DNA of 64,000 nucleotides. Source: Epithemia pelagica (Eukaryota > Protista > Bacillariophyta). A program made the translations under genes and the position numbers. The stretch spans positions 2,604,001-2,668,000 of the forward strand of contig OX337229.1 of NCBI GenBank assembly GCA_946965045.2, written 5' to 3'. Position 1 is the stretch's first letter; the number at the start of each line of letters is the position of its first letter. Positions 11,736 through 23,631 of this stretch are shown in pieces. The notes under the pieces were generated by a model, which worked only from the letters and a program-made list of their open reading frames with translations, was not told where the DNA came from and did not search any database.

Positions 11736-13965
11736 TTATGCATCGATTTGCTGCTGAGCGTCACTGGCGGTATGGGAAGTCTCCATGTCTTTGGACCCCT
11801 CCATGAAATCAGTGGGACCTTCACTCTCCTTTTTCTGGTTTGCACCAGCCGACCTCATGACAACAAATGCCATCAAGCCAATGAACGCAATTCCACCAAC
11901 AACGATGCCAACAATTGCACCAGTACTCAAACCATCATCTGAATCTCCGTTTCGAGCCTTGATGAATTCACTTCGTTCACTTCCTTTAGTGGGCACATAG
12001 GTTACACGTGACGGAACTCCGGGAAGCTCTACGTGGCATTTTACTTCTTGCGTGCTCATATCAAGAATCACAAGAGAATCTTCGGGATAATTGGCAACAC
12101 TTGCATCGTAGATGTAGCCTCGTTTATGTGTACGGTAAGTCCTTCCGAATCCGCACTCAGGGGAGTACGCGTAAGGGGATCCTTGACGAACAGAACCGCC
12201 TCCCTTGACGAGAGTTGCTTGATTGGTGACTCCTTCCAAGATTTCGTTGAGCTTGAAGCAACGGGAACCCGAGTTGGACGCGTCGTAGTCATCTTCAGCG
12301 CAAGAGCCGCAGGCAGGGGTGCAAATGCAGAGGCCGTTGTTATCTTCATCGTAGTTTCCTTCAAGTTCGCAACGCTTGCATGCATCGTTGAAAGGGGATG
12401 CTCCGTTCCTGACAGATTCAATCTGGGTCAGATCCGCGGTCAAAAGAGCAAGCTCATTTGTTTGATCATACAAGCAAATACCGTTGGCCACGTCTTCTTC
12501 CCTGTGGTTTAAAAAACACGAAAACAGTAAGCTTCCATGGTGCCAGAAAGCTCTCCCCATTCTCCTCAACTGCTTACGTACGTTGTTGCACCACTGCAAT
12601 TTGAAGCATCACATACAATCTTGCCGGCGTCGTCCATGTGGTTGGTGTTGGTATTTTCAGTCAATGGCATGCACACGGTGATGCGTCCTTGATCGTCGGT
12701 CCAAAAGTTGGGTGTCGAAGGATGACCTGGAACATCCACATTGTGACTAACGAGACTGCGTTCGCCATTGCCTTGAGGTGTAAAAATGTGAAGCGCATTG
12801 TTGCCCTTGTTGGAGCTGACAATGTAGTCTTCGTCAGGGGTTTCGTACAACGATCCCGTGGCCTCTTCGTGCTGTGCAACAAAGGCGGGTGCGGTGGGCT
12901 CATTCACATTGATTTCAATAATCCCGCCACCGCCAGTGCACTCCATGTAAATGTGTCTGTTGATGTCCGAGTAGGAAATGGCACTGCAACAGAAAAGTTG
13001 TGCGAGAGGAGTCGTGAGATGACCGGTAACAAGGAATTGCATGATCTTTTTGGAAGTTTTCACTTCGCAGCTCAACACTCTGAGCATGAATCAAAGGATG
13101 AAGTGGACACAGAGGACTTACTGGGTTCCGCGGCATGTTCCCTCTTTGACATCAGTCGAAAAATCAAAAGTGGTCAACAAAGACTCGGCTGTCAAATCAA
13201 AGACAAACATGTGGTTTTCACTGGTGGACGTTCCAAAGCCAACCGCGTTGCCATTAGGTCCTGACGTTCGAAGATGGTCATCTTCATCCCAAAGTAACTT
13301 GCCATGCGCCGGTGTCTCAATGTGCGCTTCCACCGCATTTCCCGTGTGCTTGGTAAGGTCTTTTAAGTTGATCACATAGAAATGACCATCGGCATCCGAA
13401 TGCGTCCAGTACTGTGGAATCAGAGAAGCATTAAGCACCATGCAATGTGAGTAGAGTGTTTAACAAAGGTCCTCGCGATACACTATATTCACCTGTTGCA
13501 ACATACCTCGACTTCTTCACCAATCTTGACGCCGTAGGAATGGACCGGGCGTGGACCAACAACAACGCGAGAAACGACTGGCTGTTGACGATCTTCCATA
13601 CTGGAGGAAAAGAAAATGGCCTCTCCAGCCCCCGAGGATAGTCCGTGTGCATCATCATCGACTGGAATGGCCGAGTTGATACCAACGTACCCTTTTCCAT
13701 CCTTCTCCAAGTAAATAACGTCGTAATATCGGGAGGGAAGTGGCTGACCGTCCCCATCAACCGATACGGTAGTTTCCACTTGACAGGTATCCGGGTTCAC
13801 AATAGATACTCCGGTGCTGTGAAAGGCCCAAAACTTGCCGTATTCATCGTCTCCAAAGGCTTCATCACCGTACTTGACTGCGTGGGAGGAAGAGACAGCC
13901 AGAACTCCCAACACCGCAGACAGCAAAGCTTTCTTACAATTCAACACTAAAGGCGTGAATTTCAT
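11736..13965 (-). CDS. ISIP1-like protein, copy B; exons 13965-13507, 13411-13122, 12983-12582, 12501-11736
   Basis: Shares blocks with copy A (GDDEYGKFWAFHS.GVSI.NPDTC.VETT, VGPRPVH.Y, W.HSD.DG.FY, SPECGFG...R.HKRGYIYDASVA) and the same three intron positions. TM helix AIVGIVVGGIAFIGLMAFVVM. Confidence 0.75.
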
Positions 13966-15975
13966 TCGAGAGCAGGGAGACGAAGCGCAAGATGAGACAC
14001 ACGTTGTGTTTCGGAGGAAACACAAACGTTCCGCATCCCGGAGAAGATGCACTTACCTCCAGCGAAAGGAATCATGTTTGATGCAAATGACTATGGTTGC
14101 TTATCAATCGATAGGGCACCCTTCCTCAGAGAGTGCTTTCTTGAAACTATGGCACCAACAATGAACAATCAGTGGAAACAAGGACCAGAGTCTCCTGGTT
14201 CGTTGATCCTGGTAGCTCTTCTACGAGTAGTCTCCGGGTTCCCTAAAACGAACATTTTGGAGAGGTTCCGCAATGCAGGATTTTAGTTTCCGAGAAATCA
14301 GTAGCTTGTCCACGTTAAATTCTACGTAATGTTCAAGCATCGACCTTGCATCTGGGATCAAGAGCAAAAAGATCTTTGGTATCTTCTCTTCACACCAACG
14401 GAAGGTGTCAGGCCTTGATACCCCCCAGCGGGGGTGAGTGAGTCCCGCAGGCCTCAGTCGGAAAAAAGCTGCACTCGAATGCACCTAAAAGTGCGACTTA
14501 CCGGGTCGCCCATGCTTGGAGGTAAGGCCTTTCATTCCTTCGTATTGGGCCTCAGTCGCGGGTCTTTTTGTGTCTCGATTTTGGGCAGCAATCAGCAATG
14601 TTGTGCCCCGTCTTGATCATCACTGCCATCGGCATTTCTTGCTACCTAGGAGTATCTCGTTACGCAAGTGGTTACGCACGTCTAAGCTCCCAACAACAAA
14701 CGTTGTATGATTAGCTTCCGTGGCAATCATCTTGCCGAGTGCATGGTTGTCTTGCTGAGGACGACAACGACTGAATGACTTTCTGGATCACACTCCCTTT
14801 ACACGCAACAGTGCCTGCTTGCGGTCGTCCAATCGAGATTTATTTGGAACGCAAAACTGGGTTGAGAAATGTTCAAGCTTGCGTCAAGATTTGAGTCGTA
14901 TAGAGCAGGACAAGGACACGGCATGATGATGGATCGTGCAACAACAGCAACGCAATAGCAACTTTGTTCCGTGTTGGAGCACTCCAAGCATCATGAACTG
15001 TTGTGATTCCCCCCGTTTGTGATTGGAGTTTGGTTTACCATGCTTTTTCTCGAACTGGACAATGAGGATCTTACTCGAACGTGTCTTTGTGGAACGATAG
15101 CAACACTAGCAGGAACCGCAAGATCAGCTCTCGAGCAGACAAGAGCCTACCGACAAGGGCAATCGGCCTCCTATGCCTGCTAGCCTTCAACTTGCCAAGA
15201 AGGCCTCTGTATCATATTCGGCTGCAACATCATACGATGCTTTTCTTGTCCATTCTGGATCCGAATTTCAACTTCTTTTGCGGGACAAACACCGCCACCC
15301 AGGAAGAAGAGAAGGTAATTATTTCCTTCCCCTGCAGAAAAAGAGGCAGCGCTGTGATCCAGCTGTCCTGTTGTATCAAGCAGGGACCAATTTTGATTGA
15401 CACTAGCAGCGGAGCCATCACCACATCTGGATCCTCGATAGGTACCCAGTCCAAAGGCATGTCTCGTGTAAGCTCAAACAAATCGCGTTTTCTACTTTCC
15501 CCTTGTGGAAAAAATGATGGCATTATTCTATGTCAGGTTGCCGACCTGCGGTCCCTCAGACCCTCACGGAGGTTAGGAGCACTCGTTTATAACTTGGCTT
15601 ATCCGTAGATACAGGGAAAGATAACATAGATCCGTAAAGAGACAGACACAATCGCCAACATTGTATCGCACAATTAATTCACAATCCCATTTTACTCGTG
15701 ACCCGTAAGACCGGTCCGACAACAATCAGTCGCATTTCGCATGCCGAAGTCACAACAGACGGTCATTTTTGTCTTCGAATTGGCGGGGTGTATTTCATAT
15801 TTCAAGAGATTTAATCACAACACCACAACACGCTTCGTTCTCTTGTGTAGACTCTTCTTGTTTCTCTCCGTACCCAAGAGATACCACAAAAGTAATACCT
15901 GCTTGTGTTACACAATCTCGGTGAAAGAAGAATCACAAGTCTTGGTGGCGACGACGACGACGATAACGCGACTGT

Positions 15976-17655
15976 ATGACGTTAATTACTCCGCCGACCC
16001 ACAACAGTGCATCCTTCCGACCGGTCCATCCCATGGTTCTTCGATGCAAGCGACAGTTTCGACGGTTTTGGAAGGATGTACAATCACCAAGCAGTGCCCT
16101 CCACAACAACAACAACAACAACAACAAGAGAAAAAAGTCTTTTGTCTTGTCCAAGTATCTGGTGGGAATTTTGGCCGTGCTGGGATTCCTGTGGGTCTCG
16201 TCGAGTCTGGTGGGCACCCGTCGTGGTACTGTTGCGCATTCCAAAGCTCGCGGTGGCCCATCGTACCGCTCCTTGTCGCTGCCCAAGCGCTTGGAGGATA
16301 CGACGTTTCTGAATCAAACGGAATTGGATCGCATCAATCATGAATTGGAACGACTCAGTCTCGAACAAGTGCTCCACTGGATCTATTCCGTGGTGATTCA
16401 AACCGACGACGAGAAAACGACGGCCCATCATCCATTGGTCGATGTCACGAGTTTTGGTCCATCGGGCATGGTGATTTTGCACCTATTGGACCAGTTGGGA
16501 TACACGGACAGGGTTCCTGTTATTACCATTGATACCTTGCATTTGTTTCCAGAAACCTATGAATTCATTCGACTATTTCAAGCAACCGACAAGCCAGGAA
16601 AAGTGTCTTTATCCAGACAAGACACCAATGGAGACGACGACAATGGCTTTGTATTGCCTTTGCTGCACATTTATCAACCCAAGGAGTATACTACCAAGGC
16701 ATCCTTTGATGCCAAATTTGGTTCCGACTTGTACGAAACCAATCCAGATAAATATACCTATCATTCCAAGGTAGAACCCATGTTGCGAGCCTTGGAAGAC
16801 CATCACGCAAAAGTCTGGATTACGGGTCGTCGACGCAGTCAAGGGTACGAACGAAGTAAAGTGCCGATTCTAGAGTTGGATGGCGGTTCCCCCGTGGATT
16901 CGCAAAACGATGGAACCGCCAAACGTTGGAAACTCAATCCCTTGGCGTATTGGTCCTACAATGAGGTCTGGGACTACTTGCGAGAACATCAAGTCCCCGT
17001 GAATCCTTTGCACGAGATAGGATATAAAAGCATTGGCGATACCATGACCACACAACCAGTGGACCGTGCCGCCGAAGAACGCAGTGGACGATTCGTGGGG
17101 ATGGATCGAACCGAATGTGGAATTCATGCGTCGGCCGCCAAAATTGAAGAAATGCAAAAGGGAGCCGTGGCACGGGTCACTACCCCACAAGCCAAGGATG
17201 CAAAATCCAAAACAGACCAACAGGCAGTGACACGAGTACAACAGACAAAAAAGAAGCGAGAACGTTTGCCTTGCACCAACTGTCTGGAGTTGGACCCCAA
17301 GAGTTTCTTGGAGCTATTAGAAACCGGTACCAAGGATATTCTGATTGAGTTTTACAGTCCATATTGTGGGCACTGCGTGCATTATGCTCCTACCTATGAT
17401 GACATCTCTTTGGAACTACAGAAGCATTCTTCTCTCATTCAAGTGGCAAGGTATGATGTGTTCACGCACAAAGTTCCAAAGGAGGCGAAAGAGCAGGGTT
17501 TCGAGGTTCGCGGTACCCCGACTCTCTACTTGGTACGACGACCCCGCCAAAAGGACTCATCCAAATTTGTCGCCGAAAGGTTACAAGGAGGGCGCTCCAA
17601 ATCGGCTGTATTGGAATGGGTGAATAAAAACAGCCTTGCTTCTGGTTCAAGCTAA
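15976..17655 (+). CDS. PAPS/APS reductase (FeS-less, MET16/APR-B type) fused to C-terminal thioredoxin (CGHC), N-terminal membrane anchor; copy 1
   Basis: TSFGPSG, TIDTLHLFPETY, SKVEP, WITGRRRSQ, KLNPLAYW, GYKSIGD, ERSGRF, TECGIH. No CC pair before KVEP. Trx domain EFYSPYCGHC. TM YLVGILAVLGFLWVSSSLV. Confidence 0.92.
   Translation: MTLITPPTHNSASFRPVHPMVLRCKRQFRRFWKDVQSPSSALHNNNNNNNKRKKSFVLSKYLVGILAVLGFLWVSSSLVGTRRGTVAHSKARGGPSYRSLSLPKRLEDTTFLNQTELDRINHELERLSLEQVLHWIYSVVIQTDDEKTTAHHPLVDVTSFGPSGMVILHLLDQLGYTDRVPVITIDTLHLFPETYEFIRLFQATDKPGKVSLSRQDTNGDDDNGFVLPLLHIYQPKEYTTKASFDAKFGSDLYETNPDKYTYHSKVEPMLRALEDHHAKVWITGRRRSQGYERSKVPILELDGGSPVDSQNDGTAKRWKLNPLAYWSYNEVWDYLREHQVPVNPLHEIGYKSIGDTMTTQPVDRAAEERSGRFVGMDRTECGIHASAAKIEEMQKGAVARVTTPQAKDAKSKTDQQAVTRVQQTKKKRERLPCTNCLELDPKSFLELLETGTKDILIEFYSPYCGHCVHYAPTYDDISLELQKHSSLIQVARYDVFTHKVPKEAKEQGFEVRGTPTLYLVRRPRQKDSSKFVAERLQGGRSKSAVLEWVNKNSLASGSS
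16104..16126 (+). repeat. (CAA)n microsatellite encoding poly-Asn
   Basis: acaacaacaacaacaacaacaag, read as HNNNNNNNK. Confidence 0.9.
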
Positions 17656-18067
17656 TAGGAGTCACCCAAATATGTTAAAACTCGCTCACAATTGCAAGAA
17701 AGTTGAACAAGCGTTGAGGGTTGAGGCTTCCTCCCCGAAACTGGTTTGGCCGTGATAATTGGCTCATCCACGCATACTGCGGAGATGACAGAGTATTCTG
17801 ATACAACCCATATACAACCAACGATGGCCTGGTAATAAAAGGGACCATGGCTACGTGCTAAGGTTGTTCGTAGGTAACAAACCGTGCTGAGATGCCCTTA
17901 AACTTTCATTCCTCGTTGTTGAAAGGAGTCGACCTACGGATCCTCGTTGATTTCCCTCTCACAAGATTTCCATACCTAGAAACAGTGACTGTCCTTTTTG
18001 CGTGACTAAGCTTTTATGCATATCTGTGAATCCTGTCTCTACTAGTGAGCATGACTATGGAAACTGT

Positions 18068-18740
18068 TTACTCATAGATCCAGGGCTTTTGGCAGCTTTC
18101 CCATTCCACCACACCTTCGGGGAACCAATGGGCAATTTCTTTTTCGGCGGATTCGACAGCATCACTGCCATGACAAATATTGCGTCCAACTTCAATGCAG
18201 TAATCACCGCGAATGGTTCCTGGAGCGGATTCACTGGGCATGGTGGCACCCAACATTTTGCGTCCCTCCTTGACAACACCCTTTCCTTGCCAAACCATGG
18301 CACAGACGGGGCCAGATGTCATGTATTCAATGAGACCAGGAAAGAACTTCTTTGATTTCAAATCTTCGTAATGAGTTTCCATGTGTTCCTTGCTGGGGCT
18401 GGTCAATTTCATGGCAATGAGCTTGAAGCCCTTTTGTTCAAAACGCTTGATGATTTCACCAATCAATCCACGTTGGACGCCATCAGGCTTGATCATAATG
18501 TCTGATTGTGTTTCGAAAACATGATAGATAGAAAGGGCAAGGATACTGTAAGTAATGAAAACCAAGAACGAAAACTGGTCCTACCATCAAGGGTGTCTTT
18601 CTACAGATTTGCAGTGAATCGAGTTCCCGATGACACCGCCACTTCCCCCACCACATCCTTTTCCAACGCGAATGAAATGAGTCACTTCCACCGCTGAAAC
18701 TCCATACAAGACCATCATTTCACTTACATGTTCGCTCCAT
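18068..18740 (-). CDS. NDK: Nucleoside diphosphate kinase; exons 18740-18728, 18501-18068
   Basis: Spliced [29 protein letters not shown]...PGTIRGD...GRNICHGSD (catalytic HGSD). Confidence 0.97.
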
Positions 18741-19333
18741 GGTCGTTCTCTGTTGTTGTCTCTCTCCAATACAGACAGTTGCAGCAGCTATTCAGAAAGT
18801 AAAGATTTGCGGCAATGACCACGTACTTTTGTCGCGGATCTGGATGGGCATCGATGCCCCATCAACGGCCGAAGGACAGAGCACATCATTTGGTCTTGCC
18901 AAGACCAAGTCGGTCGCGATCGCCAGCCCACCCCGCTGGGTTCGGATTACGCGCACATTCTTTCATTATTGTGCCACGATAAGCAAACGCCATGGGCCAG
19001 TGTCACAAGTTACAAGTTGGGGCAAGTCGCACGCCATTGCCCTTCCCGCTTTTTTTGTTATCTCAAGAAGGTTTGTGTTGCCACCACAACATAGACCATA
19101 GACATAGCACTCATCGACAAGCTATAACCAAAACCAAAGAGCTCTTGCGCTGTCAAGCTCCGGTGCCCTCACCAAAGTCTGCTCATAACGGAAGTTCAGA
19201 TTCTCGGTTTGGTTCGTATCGCACAAAGTTAAGAGACGTTGGAATTCGCATTGGTGCAGTCTCTCCAATTTGGAAAGCAGAAGAAACAACTTCAAACCCT
19301 ATACTACGCTCGTTCCACCAAACACAGCTAAAC

Positions 19334-20980
19334 ATGGTGATATGGAAAGATGAAATGCGACGTGCACGGAAGTTGCACCGACCATCGTTGAAAGATTGGG
19401 AATGCGACGGCTTGTACGATGTGTTTCCAGATTACGTCCAAGATATTTTGCGCGGTGACGCTTCCACAACTGCTAGACCTCCTGCCTCTTTGGTGGGCGG
19501 TGGCAGTTTTAGTGATGCGGACAAGGGCGATGGCAAGACTCTTCTTGAGAATTACGAAGCGTTTATACCCGATCCGGCACATACCCCGGTAGTGGCAGAA
19601 CAAGTTCCAGCCGTGTTGGAAGGACACAAGGTGTCTCCGGAGGAGTTTTGGTCCGAATATGAGGCACGAAAAATACCCTGTGTCATACAACATATTCCCT
19701 TTGGTTACGAGGGAGGTCAAACGACGGCCAAACCATGGCCGGCCTTGTCGCAATGGCCTTTGACACAGCTTCGACACGATGAAGATTTGAGAGATCGATT
19801 TTTTAAATGTGGAGAAGACGACAATGGCAAATCAATCAAGGTCAAACTCAAACACTTTTTGCGTTACCAACGTCACAATCGCGACGATTCACCATTGTAC
19901 ATTTTTGATACCTCCTTTGATGAAGATGCCTTGGCCAAGCGCTTGTTACAAGATTATCGTGTTCCCATATATTTTCGCAATGACTTGTTTGACTTGGTAT
20001 CAGAGTCTCGTCGAGCACCCTATCGATGGTTCCTGGTGGGACCAGCTCGTTCTGGGACCACTGTTCACATTGATCCGTTAGCCACCAATGCTTGGAATAC
20101 ATTGATTCAAGGAAAGAAGCGATGGGTGTTGTTTCCACCCCATGTTCCCAAACAGGTAGTCAAAGGGAAGGGTTTGATCAGAGACGATGAAGATGATGAA
20201 GCCATTCATTATTTCATGTTTATCTTGCCCAGAATCAAACGCAAGGCAGCAGCCGCGGCTGCGGCCATGAAACAACAAGAACAAATGTATCCAGGAACAG
20301 ATTCTCTGCATGATCATGATCGTTATCATCGATACGACAAGAATGGACAACCGCAGCCTCAACGCTCGTCCAGAGTCTCTTCGTATTCTTCTAAAAAGTC
20401 TTCCAAGTCCAAGTCGAATGAAAATGATCATGCGTTGTATCGTCATTTTTGCTGTTACGAATTTACACAAAATGCTGGAGAAACTGTGTTTGTTCCTAAT
20501 GGCTGGTGGCATGCTGTGTTGAATTTGACTGACACGGTAGGCGTGACGCAAAATTTTTGCTCCGAACGCAACTTTGACGTTGTTTGGCGTCAAGCCCGAT
20601 CGGGAAGACCCAAAATGGCGTGGAAATGGTTGCAACAACTCGAGACTAGTCTCAAGCATGGACACTTGGCACAACGCGCACGAGAGCTCAATGCTACAGA
20701 TGGGTTTGCCATGAAATACGACCCTGTGGAAATTGTCAAGCGACGAGAACAAGAACGACTGGCCGCCAAGAAGTCGCTCGAAAAGAAGCCCAATCATGGC
20801 GAGGATTCCAATGACGATGATAGTACCGACAGCGATAGCAGCAGTTCCAGCAGCTCGAGCAGCAGTAGTAGCAGCTCGAGCAGCAGCAGTAGTAGTAGCA
20901 GTTCCAGCAGTGAAGAAGAGGAGGACGAAGAGGAAGATCAAAAAGAGGCCCGTCGACGAAAGCAACGCCGTAAGGGCTAA
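19334..20980 (+). CDS. JMJD6: JmjC-domain protein JMJD6/PSR-like
   Basis: FKCGEDDNG.SIKVKLK, DDSPLYIFD, RWFLVGPARSGTTVHIDP, GETVFVPNGWWHAVLN, TQNF, followed by a poly-Ser tract and basic NLS typical of JMJD6. Confidence 0.92.
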   Translation: MVIWKDEMRRARKLHRPSLKDWECDGLYDVFPDYVQDILRGDASTTARPPASLVGGGSFSDADKGDGKTLLENYEAFIPDPAHTPVVAEQVPAVLEGHKVSPEEFWSEYEARKIPCVIQHIPFGYEGGQTTAKPWPALSQWPLTQLRHDEDLRDRFFKCGEDDNGKSIKVKLKHFLRYQRHNRDDSPLYIFDTSFDEDALAKRLLQDYRVPIYFRNDLFDLVSESRRAPYRWFLVGPARSGTTVHIDPLATNAWNTLIQGKKRWVLFPPHVPKQVVKGKGLIRDDEDDEAIHYFMFILPRIKRKAAAAAAAMKQQEQMYPGTDSLHDHDRYHRYDKNGQPQPQRSSRVSSYSSKKSSKSKSNENDHALYRHFCCYEFTQNAGETVFVPNGWWHAVLNLTDTVGVTQNFCSERNFDVVWRQARSGRPKMAWKWLQQLETSLKHGHLAQRARELNATDGFAMKYDPVEIVKRREQERLAAKKSLEKKPNHGEDSNDDDSTDSDSSSSSSSSSSSSSSSSSSSSSSSSSEEEEDEEEDQKEARRRKQRRKG

Positions 20981-21560
20981 ACATTCACAACACGATGAAT
21001 CTCATGACGTCTCATTTGCGTTCATGAAAGGACTAGGCGTCTTTTGTGTGGCGAAAGTGTCAACCGCATTTGGAGTGACACATCAAAGATGCGGCTTTGT
21101 ATCCAGCTCGGAAGGACATAGTACGACAACACAGCGTTCCTCTTCAGTGATACCGAGGAAAGAGCACGATGAAGAAACATCACTCGGTTCTCGCGTGGCC
21201 ACGAGAGAAAAAACCTTGCAAAGGGAATTTGAAACAAGGAACGACAGTATAAACGACTAGGTAGGCGTGAACTCTACTGCTGTCTAAATATGCATATACT
21301 GCAAGCGAAAGCGTGGCGGACCAATTCTACCGTAAGTTGAAGCCTGCACACACAAAGCAGCGTAGTTCAGAGCATGCTGAATGTGGTCTTCTCATGGAGC
21401 ATCGAACATTCCTTCCGAAGCACCTTTAGTGTCGATTTCAGCAAACTTCGACTTACCAGTACCCAGCAGACATATTGCCACAAGTTGGACTGGAGTAAAC
21501 ACGCCGTGCGTCTTTGGTAGATGTGTTCCCATTTACCATATTGTACGTCGAGTGTAACAT

Positions 21561-23368
21561 CTAACCAGAACCTGTAGTTGAAGTGACCCATTCTAGGATG
21601 GATTTGGCCGATCTCGTGGTACCTTCGTACTCGACAACTTTGAATTGAGGCAAGCGTTTCACCACATACAAGGAAGGGGTTGATTCTACTACCAGGCCCA
21701 TACCCTGAGCTGTTTCCGGTACGTCATGATACGTAATATCAAAACGGGCCACTTGAATTGTCGAATGGGCCATTAATTCCAACGCAACCACTTCATACGT
21801 GGGAGCAAACTCTTGACAATGTCCACACATTGGACTGTGAAATTCAATTAACATATCGGTGGTACCTGTTTTTAAGACATCCACTAGACTTGATGGGTCC
21901 AACTCGAGACATCCCGAACACGGCAGAGCCACAGGTCCATTTTGCTGATTCCCGGTTGTGTCCGCACTGGAGCTTCCACTTTTGCCATCGGTTCCAAACC
22001 AGCTACCAAAAAACGCCCCTCCACTGTTGAGAGATGAGAATCTTGCTTGGGAGCTTTGCCTGCCTCGGCCAGCATCTTTTGGATCTTTGCTCGTGTCGAA
22101 TGAATGCCGCATTCTGTGCGAGCCATACCGACGAAGCGTCCGCTGCGTTCCCCAGCAGACCCTTCTACCGGTTGTGTGGTCATGGTATCACCAATACTCT
22201 TGTACCCGTTATCGTGAAGAGGGTTGTAAGGAACTTTGTGTTGACGAATGTACTCCCAGACTTCGTCGTAGGACCAATGCGCCAACGGATTCAGTTTGAA
22301 GCGTTGTTGATGATTGTGCGAGCTTCCAGTCGTTCCCTCACCCGATGCCGTGTCCGAAGAATCATCCACTTCGAGTATGGATAAGCTACTCCTTTCACCC
22401 CCTTGGCTTCGCCGTCGTCCTGTAATCCATATTTGAGCGTGATGGTCACGTAGGGATCGCAAAGTAGGTTCCACCTTGGACAAGAAGGCATACTTTTCAG
22501 GATTTGTTTTGTACAAATCGGCACCGTATTCTTTGTCAAATTCAGTCTTGGTAGAATGTCCTTTGGGCTGATACACTTTAAGCAAAGGCAGTGTAAACAT
22601 TCCATTGTCACTATGTTGCACCAGATTATCGGATGATCCTTTCGGACCAAAACCTCGAATGAAATCATAGGTTTCTGGGAACAAATGGAGCGTGTCAATG
22701 GTAATGATTGGAACGCTCCGAGTGTATCCCATTTGGTGGAGTTTATGCAGTAGTACCATTCCAGAAGGGCCAAAGCTCGTGACGTCCACCAAAGGATGTC
22801 GATTCGAAATGGAACCACTGTCGCCACCTGAATGATCGACTTCGACAGCTGTATAGGCCCATTGAAGAACCTGTTCCAAACTCATTTGTGAGAGTTGTTG
22901 GTTTATACTGCCCAGCTCAGTTGAATCCAATGTTTTTGGTAGTCGAGAAGGCAAAGAGGACGCAAAGCTACCATGTGATTTGTGTTTGTTGTTGTAGTAG
23001 ACACTGGCCTTGTTCATGTCGACTCGATTCCGAAGAAAGCCTGATGTCGATCCGATCCTGACAGACACGGCATTTTGATTACCCATCATTAATACGATGC
23101 CAAGGAAAGAAAAAGCTGCCATTACTCCGAAAATGATTTTCTGCCGCTGTCTACCATGTTTCTCGGATGATTTGGATGTACGAAAGTCCATCCAGAGTCG
23201 TCTCACAAATCGATTACATCGAAGACAAAAGGGACTCTGAGAAAGGTGGTAAAAAGAGTTCGACGACATGTAGTCGTTGTTGCTGCTCATCATGAGACTA
23301 TTGCTACTTCGACTTCGACGACGGGCGTTGCTCGTCCGACTCGGCGACGAGGGTAACAGCATCGTCAA
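21561..23368 (-). CDS. PAPS reductase-thioredoxin fusion, copy 2, with an apparent frameshift in the linker (~22030-22070)
   Basis: ORF 21884..23368 carries the TM and reductase motifs through TECGIH. The Trx domain (LPCSGCLELDP...EFHSPMCGHC) is in another frame (21561..22112). No plausible intron found at the shift. Confidence 0.85.
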
Positions 23369-23631
23369 CAGATCTCATGACAATCAACAAAACACGCGCA
23401 ACATCATCGAGAAGAACCTATCACCACTCCAACTAATGTACCAATGACCCTGGTCGCTGTGAGAAGTGAGAAAATGTGACCAAGCACGGCCCGTGCGTCA
23501 CGCACGCCGTCCGTGCCTGTGTCTCACACCCAAAGGCGGACGACATTTTCCTTCCGATCTCCGATCGTCACATTGCATTACATTCATTCCCCAAGATCTC
23601 TGGTGGTCACATCTCTTCCGTGGTTTTCGCC

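Noticed and set aside
14050-15620. Short ORFs (e.g. 15081..15608 +, 15230..15523 -) between ISIP1-like B and PAPR copy 1
   Set aside because: No recognisable motifs and no consistent spliced model; possibly decayed sequence.
17870-17940. TPP-riboswitch-like GCTGAGA...CCCTT stretch downstream of PAPR copy 1
   Set aside because: Lacks the downstream CUGAU/P4-P5 elements and is not next to a thiamine gene.
18502-18727. Intronic snoRNA in the relatively long NDK intron
   Set aside because: No convincing box C/D or H/ACA pair with a terminal stem.
20078-21260. Long antisense/alternative-frame ORFs over JMJD6 (20078..20965 -, 20733..21260 +)
   Set aside because: Shadow ORFs produced by the AGC/AGT poly-Ser repeat.
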